From NCBI GenBank assembly GCA_029210725.1, contig JARGFM010000014.1:42519-106518 (forward strand): a DNA stretch of 64,000 nucleotides, written 5' to 3'. The notes under the pieces were generated by a model that had not been told where the DNA came from, made no database searches, and saw nothing but the letters and a program-made list of their open reading frames with translations. Shown here one piece after another: positions 8,684-19,313 of the stretch; within the stretch, counting starts at the first letter, position 1, and every line of letters starts with the position of its first letter. Made by a program: the position numbers and the translations under genes. Origin of the DNA: Bacteroidales bacterium (lineage in GTDB: Bacteria > Bacteroidota > Bacteroidia > Bacteroidales > GCA-2748055).

Positions 8684-11392
8684 ATGTCAGATGTAAAACG
8701 CGTATATACTTTCGGTGACAGAAAAGCTGAAGGCAAGGCCGACATGAAAAACCTCCTGGGTGGCAAAGGTGCCAACCTTGCAGAAATGAACCTGATTGGT
8801 GTACCGGTTCCTCCAGGATTTACGATTACTACCGAGGTTTGTACTGAATATAATGAGCTTGGTCAGGACAAAGTGGTTGAACTGATTAAGCTGGAAGTAG
8901 AGGCCGCTGTTAAAAACATTGAAGATATCATGGGAACCAGGTTCGGAAGCAATGAGAATCCCTGCCTGGTTTCAGTGCGTTCCGGAGCAAGAGTTTCCAT
9001 GCCGGGAATGATGGACACGGTCCTGAATCTTGGGATGAATGAGAATGCTGTAAAAGGTCTCATTAAAAAAACGGGCAATGAAAAATTTGCCTGGGACAGC
9101 TACCGCCGTTTCGTACAGATGTACGGAGATGTGGTTCTGGGAATGAAGCCCGAATCCAAAGAGGACATTGATCCTTTCGAGGCGATCATGGAAGAGGTGA
9201 AAGAAGCACGTGGCGTGGAGAACGACAACGAACTAACGGTGGAAGACCTGAAGGAACTGGTTGAGAAGTTTAAGGTTGCTGTCAAGAAGCAGACCGGACA
9301 TGATTTCCCGGTGGATCCATGGGAGCAGCTCTGGGGCGCTGTTATGGCTGTATTTGACAGCTGGGAGACACCGAGGGCTAAGTATTACCGTACCATGAAC
9401 CAGATTCCCGGAGACTGGGGTACTGCTGTAAATGTCCAGGCCATGGTCTACGGAAATATGGGAGAAACATCCGGAACAGGGGTTGCCTTTACCCGCGATG
9501 CCGGAACCGGAGAGGATATCTTTAACGGGGAATACCTGATCGATGCCCAGGGTGAAGATGTGGTAGCTGGAGTTCGTACACCCCGTCAGATCACCAAAGA
9601 GGGTTCGCTGAGGTGGGCCAGGCTTGCCGGAGTTTCTGAAGAGGAACGTGCTTCCACCTATCCGTCACTGGAAGAGGTAATGCCCCAGGTATACGCTGAA
9701 CTGCATGAGACCGAGCAGAAACTGGAAGATTATTTCAAAGATATGCAGGATCTGGAGTTTACCATCCAGGAAGGAAAATTGTGGCTGCTTCAAACCCGTA
9801 ACGGAAAACGTACCGGCGCTGCCATGGTAAAGGTTGCCATGGACATGCTGCGTGAAGGTAAAATCGACGAGAAAACGGCCCTGCTTCGCCAGGAACCTGC
9901 CAAACTGGACGAGCTGCTTCACCCTGTATTTGAGAAGGGTGCCCTAGCTTCTGCTACAGTTCTGGCACAGGGACTGCCGGCTTCCCCCGGTGCTGCAACC
10001 GGACAAATCGTATTCTTTGCCGACGAAGCAAATAAATATCCTGTTTCCATCCTCGTAAGGATAGAGACTTCTCCTGAGGATCTGGAAGGCATGAACATTG
10101 CCAAAGGCATTCTGACCGCACGGGGCGGAATGACCTCCCACGCTGCTGTGGTTGCCCGTGGAATGGGTAAATGCTGTGTTTCCGGTGCCGGTGGTGTAAA
10201 AATTGATTACAAAGCCCGTACCATGACCGCTGCCGGTAAGGTATTCAAGGAGGGAGACTGGATCTCGCTGAACGGATCGACGGGTAATGTGCTGGAAGGA
10301 AAAGTGGCAACCATAGATCCTGAACTGAGTGGTGATTTCGGAGCAATTCTGGAGCTGGCCGAAAAGCACACCCGGATGGATGTACGTACCAACGCTGATA
10401 CTCCTCATGATGCAAAGGTTGCTCGTGATTTCGGAGCCAAGGGGATTGGGCTGACCCGTACCGAGCATATGTTCTTTGATGGTGAGCGCATTAAGGCCAT
10501 GAGGGAGATGATCCTGGCCACAACAGAAGTGGAACGCCGCAAAGCACTGGATAAGTTGCTGCCCTATCAGCGTGAAGACTTCGAGGGAATCCTGGAAGCC
10601 ATGGCCGGATACGGAGTGACCATCCGCTTGCTGGATCCGCCGCTGCATGAATTTGTTCCCCACGATGAGGCCAACCAGAAGGTTATGGCTGATGAGATGG
10701 GAATAAGCGTGGCGGACATTCAGGCACTGGTGGAGGACCTCCATGAATTCAACCCCATGCTGGGGCACCGTGGATGCCGTCTGGGGAATACCTATCCGGA
10801 GATTACCGAGATGCAGGCCAGGGCCATTATTGAAGCGGCTGTAAATCTGACCCGGAAGGGTCTGGATGCACGTCCCGAGATCATGGTTCCGCTTATCGGT
10901 ACCTGGAAAGAGTTTAAGATGCAGGAAGAGATTATCCGTGCCACTGCCGAGAAAGTATTCGAAGAGAAAGGAGCCAGATGCGACTTCCAGGTGGGTACCA
11001 TGATTGAGATCCCCAGGGCTGCGATGACTGCTGACCTGGTTGCTGAGCATGCCGAGTTTTTCTCCTTTGGAACCAACGACCTGACCCAGATGGCCTTTGG
11101 CTATTCCAGGGACGATGCCGGTAAATTCCTGCCCATCTATATTGAAAAAGGACTGTTAAAGAACGATCCTTTCCAGACCCTCGATCAGGAAGGTGTCGGG
11201 CAGCTGGTCGAAATGGGCGTTTCTAAAGGACGTTCCACCAATCCCAAGCTGAAAGTGGGTATCTGCGGAGAGCATGGAGGAGATCCGGATTCCGTGGAAT
11301 TCTGCCACCGTGTTGGAATGGATTATGTTAGTTGTTCTCCGTTCCGCGTTCCTATAGCCAGGCTGGCTGCAGCACAGGCCAATCTGCGCTAG
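8684..11392 (+). CDS. ppdK: Pyruvate, phosphate dikinase
   Basis: 902-aa ORF. It has an ATP-grasp N-terminus (GGKGANLAEM), the phosphohistidine swivel motif GGMTSHAAVVARG and a PEP-utilising C-terminal TIM barrel (FFSFGTNDLTQ, GICGEHGGDP). Confidence 0.95.
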   Translation: MSDVKRVYTFGDRKAEGKADMKNLLGGKGANLAEMNLIGVPVPPGFTITTEVCTEYNELGQDKVVELIKLEVEAAVKNIEDIMGTRFGSNENPCLVSVRSGARVSMPGMMDTVLNLGMNENAVKGLIKKTGNEKFAWDSYRRFVQMYGDVVLGMKPESKEDIDPFEAIMEEVKEARGVENDNELTVEDLKELVEKFKVAVKKQTGHDFPVDPWEQLWGAVMAVFDSWETPRAKYYRTMNQIPGDWGTAVNVQAMVYGNMGETSGTGVAFTRDAGTGEDIFNGEYLIDAQGEDVVAGVRTPRQITKEGSLRWARLAGVSEEERASTYPSLEEVMPQVYAELHETEQKLEDYFKDMQDLEFTIQEGKLWLLQTRNGKRTGAAMVKVAMDMLREGKIDEKTALLRQEPAKLDELLHPVFEKGALASATVLAQGLPASPGAATGQIVFFADEANKYPVSILVRIETSPEDLEGMNIAKGILTARGGMTSHAAVVARGMGKCCVSGAGGVKIDYKARTMTAAGKVFKEGDWISLNGSTGNVLEGKVATIDPELSGDFGAILELAEKHTRMDVRTNADTPHDAKVARDFGAKGIGLTRTEHMFFDGERIKAMREMILATTEVERRKALDKLLPYQREDFEGILEAMAGYGVTIRLLDPPLHEFVPHDEANQKVMADEMGISVADIQALVEDLHEFNPMLGHRGCRLGNTYPEITEMQARAIIEAAVNLTRKGLDARPEIMVPLIGTWKEFKMQEEIIRATAEKVFEEKGARCDFQVGTMIEIPRAAMTADLVAEHAEFFSFGTNDLTQMAFGYSRDDAGKFLPIYIEKGLLKNDPFQTLDQEGVGQLVEMGVSKGRSTNPKLKVGICGEHGGDPDSVEFCHRVGMDYVSCSPFRVPIARLAAAQANLR

Positions 11393-11423
11393 GATGACAA
11401 AACGGGATTTTTAATATACCAAT

Positions 11424-11457
11424 AAAGCGGCAAAGTTTGATTTTGCCGCTTTTTTTT
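11424..11457 (+). terminator. Rho-independent terminator after ppdK
   Basis: The stem AAAGCGGCAAA (11424-11434) pairs over 11 bp with TTTGCCGCTTT (11442-11452). The loop is 7 nt and a T-run extends to 11457. Confidence 0.8.
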
Positions 11458-11548
11458 AGGATATTCGTATAGATGTATATCAGGACAAGCTCTGAAAATC
11501 TTACATATTTGAACAAAATCAATTCAAAAAATTATAATTTGAAACACG

Positions 11549-13165
11549 ATGGTAGATATTTTGAACAAGTTGAAACTTACACAGTATGACATCACTGGGA
11601 CGGCCGACGTGGTCTACAACCCTTCTTATGAGCAGCTGTATGAAGAGGAAATGAATCCCGCCCTGGAAGGATTTGAAGTGGGAGTGGAGAGTGAGTTTGG
11701 TGCTGTAAAAGTGGATACAGGGATATTTACCGGTCGTTCGCCCAAAGATAAGTACGTGGTTATGGATGATACCACCCGGGACACGGTCTGGTGGAAATCT
11801 GAACAGGCCAGATCCTCCGACAATAAACCGATCAGCAAGCAGGTCTGGGATCATGGATATAAACTGGCTTCTTCCCAGCTCTCGGGTAAAAGGCTTTTTG
11901 TAATGGATTGTTTTTGTGGTGCCAACGAAGACAGCAGGCTTAAGGTCAGATTTATTATGGAAGTAGCCTGGCAGGCTCATTTTGTCAAGAATATGTTTAT
12001 ACGCCCCAGCGAAGCGGAACTGGAAACATTTGAACCTGATTTTGTGGTTCTTAATGCCGCAAAAACCGTAAATCCGGAATGGAAGGAGCAGGGGCTTAAT
12101 TCTGAAGTATTCGTATTCTTTAACCTCACCGAGCGTATGGGGGTTATCGGTGGGTCCTGGTACGGGGGTGAGATGAAAAAAGGAATTTTCTCCATCATGA
12201 AATACTACCTTCCCCTGAAAGGGATTGCTGCCATGCACTGCTCCGCCAATGTGGGCAGTGACGGGAATACTGCCATTTTTTTCGGACTCTCGGGGACCGG
12301 AAAAACCACCCTGTCCACCGATCCGAAAAGAGTCCTGATCGGGGATGATGAGCATGGCTGGGATGACGATGGTATCTTCAATTTTGAAGGGGGCTGCTAT
12401 GCCAAGACCATTCATCTGAGCGAGGAGAGTGAACCGGATATCTATCATGCCATAAGGCGCGATGCGCTTCTGGAAAATGTCATCGTGGCCCCGGATGGTA
12501 AAGTTGATTTTGATGACGCTTCCAAGACACAGAATACCAGGGTGTCTTATCCGATCTACCATATTGACAACATTGTGAAGCCTGTCTCCAGAGGAGGACA
12601 CGCCAGCAGGGTGATCTTCCTGACGGCAGATGCCTTCGGGGTTATGCCTCCGGTATCAAAACTGACACCGGAGCAGACCAAATACCATTTTCTGTCGGGT
12701 TTTACCGCTAAACTGGCCGGTACGGAACGCGGAATCACCGATCCGGTGCCCTCTTTCTCAGCCTGTTTCGGGGCTGCCTTCCTGACCCTTCACCCCACCA
12801 AATACGGAGAGGAACTGATAAAAAGGATGGAAGCTGCAGGTTCCAAAGCCTACCTGGTTAACACCGGGTGGAATGGTACCGGGAAGCGGATCTCCATAAA
12901 AGATACCCGGTGCATCATTGATATGATCCTCGACGGGACCGTGGACAAGGCTGAAACGCATATGATTCCGATTTTTAATCTGGAAGTGCCTCTGGAATTA
13001 CCCGGTATTTCGGGCGATGTACTGGATCCAAGAGATACTTATGAAGATCCGGCTGAATGGGAGGAAAAAGCAAAACACCTGGCTGAATTGTTTTTCAATA
13101 ACTTCAAACAATTCACCGACAACGAGGAGGGCAGGGCTCTGGTTGCAGCCGGGCCGCAACTTTAA
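11549..13165 (+). CDS. pckA: Phosphoenolpyruvate carboxykinase (ATP)
   Basis: 538-aa ORF with kinase-1a loop [11 protein letters not shown], the blocks IGDDEHGW and NTGWNG, and an overall PckA layout. Confidence 0.95.
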   Translation: MVDILNKLKLTQYDITGTADVVYNPSYEQLYEEEMNPALEGFEVGVESEFGAVKVDTGIFTGRSPKDKYVVMDDTTRDTVWWKSEQARSSDNKPISKQVWDHGYKLASSQLSGKRLFVMDCFCGANEDSRLKVRFIMEVAWQAHFVKNMFIRPSEAELETFEPDFVVLNAAKTVNPEWKEQGLNSEVFVFFNLTERMGVIGGSWYGGEMKKGIFSIMKYYLPLKGIAAMHCSANVGSDGNTAIFFGLSGTGKTTLSTDPKRVLIGDDEHGWDDDGIFNFEGGCYAKTIHLSEESEPDIYHAIRRDALLENVIVAPDGKVDFDDASKTQNTRVSYPIYHIDNIVKPVSRGGHASRVIFLTADAFGVMPPVSKLTPEQTKYHFLSGFTAKLAGTERGITDPVPSFSACFGAAFLTLHPTKYGEELIKRMEAAGSKAYLVNTGWNGTGKRISIKDTRCIIDMILDGTVDKAETHMIPIFNLEVPLELPGISGDVLDPRDTYEDPAEWEEKAKHLAELFFNNFKQFTDNEEGRALVAAGPQL

Positions 13166-13220
13166 TCCATGCATCACATCAGACAAGAGAGCTCATTGAA
13201 CTTATCATCTGTGCTATAAT

Positions 13221-13841
13221 ATGTTTCTGTTGATTTTTATGATTGGACTGGCTTACCTGCTGGGATCCATACCAAGCTCGGTCTGGTTGGGCAGAGCCAT
13301 GAAGGGAATAGACCTGCGGGAACATGGAAGCGGAAATGCCGGAGCCACCAATGCCTTTCGCGTACTTGGAAAAGCTCCGGGAATCCTGGTGCTGCTCCTG
13401 GATATGGCCAAAGGATACCTGGCCGTCGCCCTGGCTCTTTTACAACACGAGGTTTTCCCCGGTACGGAGCTATGGATGATCCTGAGAATAGGTCTGGGCC
13501 TGGCAGCGGTGATTGGTCATATCTTTCCCGTTTTTGCCGGATTCAGGGGGGGAAAGGGGGTAGCCACCATTACCGGAGTCGCTCTGGCCTTGCATCCCTA
13601 TGCCGCTCTGGCAGCCATGGGGATCTATTTGCTGGTCTTCCTCATTAGCAGGATATCGGCACTGGGCTCACTGATTGCCGTGCTTACCTATCCGGTCTGG
13701 GTCATCTGGGTTTTCAGATCGGAGTACCTGAGCATGCAGATTTTCTCTCTGGTGGTGCTGGTACTGGTTATGATCACACACCGGACAAATATTATGCGCC
13801 TGCTCCGGCGTGAGGAGAAGTCACTTATCGGCAGAAACTAG
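13221..13841 (+). CDS. plsY: Glycerol-3-phosphate acyltransferase PlsY
   Basis: 206-aa polytopic membrane ORF with the GSIPSS and GSGNAGATNAFR motifs characteristic of PlsY. Confidence 0.9.
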   Translation: MFLLIFMIGLAYLLGSIPSSVWLGRAMKGIDLREHGSGNAGATNAFRVLGKAPGILVLLLDMAKGYLAVALALLQHEVFPGTELWMILRIGLGLAAVIGHIFPVFAGFRGGKGVATITGVALALHPYAALAAMGIYLLVFLISRISALGSLIAVLTYPVWVIWVFRSEYLSMQIFSLVVLVLVMITHRTNIMRLLRREEKSLIGRN

Positions 13842-13844
13842 GCT

Positions 13845-14627
13845 TTATGCAAAATCCTTTTCCAGTTTCTGTCTCAGAACCCTGGAAGGGATATTTTTCT
13901 GAAGGATTCCGTTTTCTGCCATGGAAATCTGTCCGGTTTCCTCCGATACGATAATTACCAGACAGTCGCTTACCTCGGAAATACCCAGTCCGGCCCGGTG
14001 CCGTAAGCCATACTCGGGTGGGAGATCCATTTTATCAGTGACCGGGAGAATCACCCTGGCGGCCTTCACTTTATCGTTTTCCACAATGACAGCGCCATCA
14101 TGCAAGGGACTGTTCTTGTTGAAAATGCTTACGAAAAGTCTGCTGGATGTCTCGGCGTTGAGTACATCTCCGGTTTCGGCATACATATCCAGATTAGATT
14201 TTTTCTTAATCACGATCAATGCTCCTGTCTTCTCCAGCGAAAATTGCATCACTGCTTTCATAATGGACCGTATCTTGACCTGGGCCTTGGTTTCGAAACG
14301 GAGGTTCAGAATCTTTTCCACACTGATGCGATTCCCATCCACATAACGGGATCCGATAAAAATCAGGAACCTTCGGATTTCCTGCTGAAAAACAATGATC
14401 AGTGCAATGACACCGACTCCCAGGACTGAACCCAGGATGGTGCTGAGCAGCTCCATCTGCATGGCACGCACGGCCCACCAGAAAATATAGATGGCTGCAA
14501 TGGCCAGGGTGATGCTGTAGGCCACTGTTCCCCTGATCATCAGATAAAGCTGGTAGAAGAGGACAGCGACCAGGAAGATATCAAAGATATCCAGAAGGCG
14601 GATATGTATAAAAGCGGTGAGCATCAT
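13845..14627 (-). CDS. cdaA: Diadenylate cyclase CdaA (c-di-AMP synthase)
   Basis: N-terminal TM helices are followed by a DAC domain with DGA (LHDGAVIV) and RHR (GLRHRAGLGISE) motifs. The track ORF starts at TTG 14642; ATG 14627 (MMLTAF...) is preferred. Confidence 0.85.
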   Translation of the reverse strand: MMLTAFIHIRLLDIFDIFLVAVLFYQLYLMIRGTVAYSITLAIAAIYIFWWAVRAMQMELLSTILGSVLGVGVIALIIVFQQEIRRFLIFIGSRYVDGNRISVEKILNLRFETKAQVKIRSIMKAVMQFSLEKTGALIVIKKKSNLDMYAETGDVLNAETSSRLFVSIFNKNSPLHDGAVIVENDKVKAARVILPVTDKMDLPPEYGLRHRAGLGISEVSDCLVIIVSEETGQISMAENGILQKNIPSRVLRQKLEKDFA

Positions 14628-14644
14628 AGGTTCTGAGCCCAAAT

Positions 14645-15511
14645 TTAGTAAATCTGCCGGAAGATCTTTACTGTTTCTTTTGCTGCCGACACATCGTGGA
14701 CCCTGAGAAAATGGGCTCCCTTCATCAGGAGTGCCATATGAGCGGCCGTAGTACCGTTGAGGGCATGATCCGGATCGGATTCCAACATTTTGTAAATCAT
14801 TGATTTGCGAGATACACCGGCCATTAATGGCAGTTCGAGCATTTGAAATGAGTCAAACTGTTTCAATAGCTCAAAGTTCTGTTCCAGGGTTTTTCCAAAT
14901 CCAAAACCCGGGTCAATAAGGATATCATTTAATCCGAGTTTTCTCAGTTTATAAACCCTTTCAGCAAAGAATTGCAGGAGTTCATCCACCATATTTTCAT
15001 AGGCAGGCTCTTCCTGCATGGTCAGAGGTGTTCCCTGCATATGCATCATGACATAAGGAATTCCCAGCTGAGCCATGGTAGGAAACATATCCGGATCCAT
15101 ATTTCCGGCCGAGATGTCATTGATCATCTGTACGCCGAATCTCTCTTGAACCAGACGGGCGACCCCGGATCTCCAGGTATCTATCGACAGGGGAAAATCC
15201 GGAAAGTGCTGCCTTAAAGCTTCCAGGACGGGCGACAATCTTGCCACTTCCTCATATTCCTGTATTTCTTCTGCGCCAGGCCTGGATGAGACGGCACCCA
15301 CATCCAGGATATCGGCTCCCTGGCCGATCATTTCTCTGGCTCTCTCAACTGCCAGTTCCGGGTTGGCTACCCTGCTGTCCTGGTAAAAGGAGTCCGGAGT
15401 AACATTGATGATTCCCATCACACGCGGAGTGGAAAGGTCCATGATGCTTCCCCCCAGATTCAGCGAAAGGTTCTTTGAGAATAGTGGAGTGGGTGTGGAG
15501 AAGTTCTTCAT
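14645..15511 (-). CDS. folP: Dihydropteroate synthase
   Basis: 288-aa ORF with the blocks MGIINVTPDSF, DILDVGAVSSRPG, LSIDT, DPGFGFGK and GVSRKS. Confidence 0.9.
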   Translation of the reverse strand: MKNFSTPTPLFSKNLSLNLGGSIMDLSTPRVMGIINVTPDSFYQDSRVANPELAVERAREMIGQGADILDVGAVSSRPGAEEIQEYEEVARLSPVLEALRQHFPDFPLSIDTWRSGVARLVQERFGVQMINDISAGNMDPDMFPTMAQLGIPYVMMHMQGTPLTMQEEPAYENMVDELLQFFAERVYKLRKLGLNDILIDPGFGFGKTLEQNFELLKQFDSFQMLELPLMAGVSRKSMIYKMLESDPDHALNGTTAAHMALLMKGAHFLRVHDVSAAKETVKIFRQIY

Positions 15512-15534
15512 CGATTCTCTGTAGGTTGCTCCTA

Positions 15535-15542
15535 TATTTTTG
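15535..15542 (+). promoter_or_regulatory. Candidate -7 promoter box (TATTTTTG) for tmk
   Basis: Exact TAnnTTTG match in the divergent folP/tmk intergenic region, 50 nt upstream of the tmk ATG. Confidence 0.3.
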
Positions 15543-15592
15543 TATGTTTGGAAACTGGTTTAAAATTACACTAAAAAATCCACAATTGATTC

Positions 15593-16270
15593 ATGCGTTT
15601 CCTGGTGATTGAAGGCTTGGATGGTTCGGGTAAATCCACACAGCTAAAACTGTTGAGGGAATACCTGGAAAAGAAAACAGTTCCATACCGTTATCTTCAT
15701 TTTCCAAGACTGGAAGAGGGTGTATACGGGGATCTGGTGGCCAGGTTCCTGCGTGGTGAGATGGGGGCCAATGACCAGGTTGACCCCTACCTTGTGGCGC
15801 TGATATTCGCCGGTGACAGGGCGGATGCTTCTGAAAAGATCAGGCAGTGGATGGATGAAGGGAACCTGGTGATCGTGGACCGTTATGTCTATTCCAATAT
15901 TGCATTTCAGTGTGCCAAACTGGCCAGCAGGAAAGAGCAGAACAGGTTAAGGGATTGGATCCTGGACTTCGAATTTGGATATAATCAACTGCCGAAACCC
16001 GATCTGAACCTCTATCTGAATGTTCCTTTCGAGTTTACCAGGAAACAACTGAATTTAGCAAGAAACGGAGAGGACCGGGCCTATTTGAAGGGAGAGCGGG
16101 ATATTCATGAAGAGAATCTCGGTTTTCAGGAGCAGGTCAGGCAGATATATCTCTCACTCCGTGAACATGTGGATGATCTGATGATCCTGGACTGTATGGA
16201 TCCTGATGGAAACATGCTCCCGCCGGGTGATATTTCAAGTCTATTAATTCAACAAATAGAATTACTGTGA
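15593..16270 (+). CDS. tmk: dTMP (thymidylate) kinase
   Basis: 225-aa ORF with P-loop FLVIEGLDGSGKSTQ and the DRY motif (IVDRYVYS). Confidence 0.9.
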   Translation: MRFLVIEGLDGSGKSTQLKLLREYLEKKTVPYRYLHFPRLEEGVYGDLVARFLRGEMGANDQVDPYLVALIFAGDRADASEKIRQWMDEGNLVIVDRYVYSNIAFQCAKLASRKEQNRLRDWILDFEFGYNQLPKPDLNLYLNVPFEFTRKQLNLARNGEDRAYLKGERDIHEENLGFQEQVRQIYLSLREHVDDLMILDCMDPDGNMLPPGDISSLLIQQIELL

Positions 16271-17622
16271 TGAAATACCTTCGTTTGCTGAGCCGCGTCG
16301 TGGTCGGGGTGGTGTTCATTTTCAGTGGCTTTGTTAAAGCGCTGGATCCACTGGGCTCGGCCTATAAGTTTGCCGATTACTTTATGGCTTTTAAACTGGG
16401 ATTTCTGGATTTTCTGACACTTCCCCTGGGAATCTTTCTCTCCGCTTTTGAACTGGTGCTTGGGATCACCTTGCTTCTGGGATATCGCAGGAAGACCATG
16501 TACCAGGTATTGATGTGGTTTATGTCCTTTTTTACCCTGCTTACCCTGATTCTTGCCATCTTTAATCCGGTCTCGGACTGCGGTTGCTTCGGCGATGCCC
16601 TGATCCTGACCAACTGGCAGACATTTTTTAAGAATGTGGTGCTTATGGTATTTGTGCTGTTCCTCTATGTTTCCAGGAAGGCAGATGCTGGCGGAGGTCC
16701 TGCAGTCGGAGAATGGATCGTTGTGGGAAGCTTCTTTGTCATGGCGTCCGCCTTCTCTGTCTGGAACTACCGGCATTTGCCCCTGATCGATTTCAGACCC
16801 TACGATGCTGGCACCGTCATCGGTGAAGAGATGAAGATTCCCGAGGGTGTGGCTGTGGATGAATATTCAACCACTTTAATCTACAGGAACAGGGCGACCG
16901 GGAAAGAGGATTCGTTCACCATGGAGAATTATCCGAAAGATACGGCTCAATGGGAATTCGTGACCAGCGAATCGAAGCTGGTGAAAAGGGGATATGAACC
17001 CCCGATCCATGATTTTGCGATTTTGGATGATTACGGGAACGATCTGGTGGATGCGATTCTCGCCGACCGGGAATACAGCATGATCATGCTAAGTTATGAT
17101 CTGAGTGCTGCGGATGAGCAGGCCCTGTTCCGGGCAGGGGAATGGTTCCAGCTTCAGTCCTTTGCCGGCGACTTCTCTTTTTACGCCGTCACTGCATCCA
17201 CCACCTCAGAGGTGGAGAGGATCTCTGCAGAGCTGGGACTGGGCTATCCCTTTCTGGCAGGGGATGATATTATGCTGAAGACCATTGTACGTTCCAATCC
17301 AGGTTTTATGCTGGTGAAAAATGGCACCATCCTGGCAAAATGGGGCTACAGGGATCTCCCTCTCCTGGAGCAGCTTTATCCGCAGTGGACCGAGTTGCTT
17401 GGAAACGCTTCGGCTCCTCAGGATGAAGAGACTCAGATGATGATGGAATCAGGGCTGCTGGACGGCTTCTCTTTTGATCTGGTCGAATTCGAACAGTTCA
17501 CTCCGGAGTTGCTCTGGAAAGACGGGGCTGACAGGCGTGAAAGGGGAGTAAGTCTGGCCTTTGTCCTGGCCCTGCTCCTGCTGATGTTTATCTCGGGCCA
17601 ATTCTACCCGGTGAAGTTATAA
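16270..17622 (+). CDS. DoxX/MauE-like membrane protein with C-terminal thioredoxin-fold-like domain (BT_3928-like family)
   Basis: The N-terminal 4-TM region contains a DCGCFGD motif as in MauE/DoxX proteins. A soluble domain and a C-terminal TM helix follow. ATG 16270 overlaps the tmk stop; the track used GTG 16267. Confidence 0.6.
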   Translation: MKYLRLLSRVVVGVVFIFSGFVKALDPLGSAYKFADYFMAFKLGFLDFLTLPLGIFLSAFELVLGITLLLGYRRKTMYQVLMWFMSFFTLLTLILAIFNPVSDCGCFGDALILTNWQTFFKNVVLMVFVLFLYVSRKADAGGGPAVGEWIVVGSFFVMASAFSVWNYRHLPLIDFRPYDAGTVIGEEMKIPEGVAVDEYSTTLIYRNRATGKEDSFTMENYPKDTAQWEFVTSESKLVKRGYEPPIHDFAILDDYGNDLVDAILADREYSMIMLSYDLSAADEQALFRAGEWFQLQSFAGDFSFYAVTASTTSEVERISAELGLGYPFLAGDDIMLKTIVRSNPGFMLVKNGTILAKWGYRDLPLLEQLYPQWTELLGNASAPQDEETQMMMESGLLDGFSFDLVEFEQFTPELLWKDGADRRERGVSLAFVLALLLLMFISGQFYPVKL

Positions 17623-17692
17623 ACAAGCGGAGCTCCTGAGCTTATTGAATATTTACTATTTTTAAATAAGAATCATTAACGACAAAATTGAA

Positions 17693-18442
17693 ATGAGAAA
17701 GAAAATTGTTGCAGGAAACTGGAAAATGAATACCCTTCTGAAAGAGGGGATGGAACTGGCAAAAGCTGTTGAAAGACTGGAAAAAGAGAAGAGCAGTGAT
17801 GCACTGCTGATAATAGCTCCTCCATATACCCATCTGAGCCGGGTGAATGATTTGATCGCTAATGTAAAGCTGTGTGCCCAGAACTGTGCGTCCGAGGAGT
17901 CCGGCGCCTATACCGGGGAGGTTTCTCCCGATATGCTTATTTCATCTGGGGTCGAATATGTCATTCTGGGACATTCTGAGAGACGGAGTTATTTCGGGGA
18001 GAAAAATGATCTTCTTAATAAGAAGATAAAACTGGCCATTTCAAAGGGTCTGAAAGCTATTTATTGTTGTGGAGAGGTCCTGGAGGAGCGTGAAAGCGGT
18101 ACGCTTTTTGATGTGATCAGGGAGCAGGTCACGGTAGGGCTGTCTGGTTTGAACAAAGAAGAAATGAAGCAGGTGGTTTTGGCCTATGAGCCTGTCTGGG
18201 CCATTGGTACGGGGGTTGTAGCCACTCCCAAGCAGGCGCAGGAGATGCATAAATACATCAGGGATCTTCTGGTGGAGTTGTTCGACAGAGAGGTAGCTGA
18301 GAATATGACCATCCTGTACGGGGGAAGCTGTAATCCCACCAATGCAGCAGAACTTTTTGCCAATCCCGATGTGGATGGAGGCTTAATCGGGGGAGCTTCA
18401 CTGAAGGCGGAAGACTTCCTGGCTATTGTTAACTCTTATTAA
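17693..18442 (+). CDS. tpiA: Triosephosphate isomerase
   Basis: 249-aa ORF with the blocks AGNWKMN, ILGHSERR, AYEPVWAIGTG and GGASLK. Confidence 0.95.
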   Translation: MRKKIVAGNWKMNTLLKEGMELAKAVERLEKEKSSDALLIIAPPYTHLSRVNDLIANVKLCAQNCASEESGAYTGEVSPDMLISSGVEYVILGHSERRSYFGEKNDLLNKKIKLAISKGLKAIYCCGEVLEERESGTLFDVIREQVTVGLSGLNKEEMKQVVLAYEPVWAIGTGVVATPKQAQEMHKYIRDLLVELFDREVAENMTILYGGSCNPTNAAELFANPDVDGGLIGGASLKAEDFLAIVNSY

Positions 18443-18456
18443 GTTTAAAAGCCTCT

Positions 18457-19311
18457 ATGGCATTCCTTGAATTTGTTATACCGGCCAGATCGTGGAGCAA
18501 GGGTGATAAGGAGATTCTGTTCGCCAAGATGGGGCAGATCGGGTTCGAGGGATTCATAGAGGGTGATGACGATATCCAGGCTTACATTGAGGAGAAGCAA
18601 TACAGGGAAGATCGCTTCAATCGGTTGTTGGATGAGCTGGCAGCCTTAAAGATAAAGGTCCAGTACCGTTTTCACCTTACGGAGGATCAGAACTGGAACC
18701 AGGAATGGGAGAAGAAATTCGACCCGGTGCTCATTGGTGAAAGGATACTGATCCGGGCCCCGTTTCATGATTCATCCAAGGACCGGTCCTGTACCATCAT
18801 TATCGAACCAAAGATGTCCTTTGGGACCGGTCATCACTATACCACCAGGTTGATGATCAGGGAGATGGGAAACCATCAGCTGGAGGGAAAGCGGATTCTG
18901 GACATGGGGTGCGGAACTGGAGTGCTTGGGATCTATGCCTGCAAGATGGGCGCCGGGCGGGTACTGGGAGTGGACAATGATCAGTGGGCTTATGAAAATG
19001 CTCTGGAAAATGTAAGCAGGAACGGAACTTCAGCCATGGAAGTACGCCTGGGAGATGCCGGGACTCTTAAGGAGGAGATATTTGATCTGATTCTTGCAAA
19101 TATCACGCGGAATACCCTGGTGCGTGACCTGAGGATCTATACCCGGCACCTGATCGCCGGGGGAGTGATGCTTCTGAGCGGTATTCTGGCGGAGGATGTG
19201 CAATATGTTCTCAATGAGGCATACAGGTGCAGGCTGGAACACCGTAATACCAGTGAGGAATCCAACTGGATATCCCTCACATTTACCAAGCCATGGAACA
19301 CGGAAGGCTAA
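18457..19311 (+). CDS. prmA: Ribosomal protein L11 methyltransferase
   Basis: 284-aa ORF with the blocks FGTGHHYTT, the SAM motif DMGCGTGVLGI, and ANI. Confidence 0.9.
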   Translation: MAFLEFVIPARSWSKGDKEILFAKMGQIGFEGFIEGDDDIQAYIEEKQYREDRFNRLLDELAALKIKVQYRFHLTEDQNWNQEWEKKFDPVLIGERILIRAPFHDSSKDRSCTIIIEPKMSFGTGHHYTTRLMIREMGNHQLEGKRILDMGCGTGVLGIYACKMGAGRVLGVDNDQWAYENALENVSRNGTSAMEVRLGDAGTLKEEIFDLILANITRNTLVRDLRIYTRHLIAGGVMLLSGILAEDVQYVLNEAYRCRLEHRNTSEESNWISLTFTKPWNTEG

Positions 19312-19313
19312 CT

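Noticed and set aside
9944-12601. Long antisense ORFs (368 aa opposite ppdK at 9944-11050; 360 aa opposite pckA at 11519-12601)
   Set aside because: Both are shadow ORFs opposite strongly supported conserved genes. They have no motifs and implausible composition.
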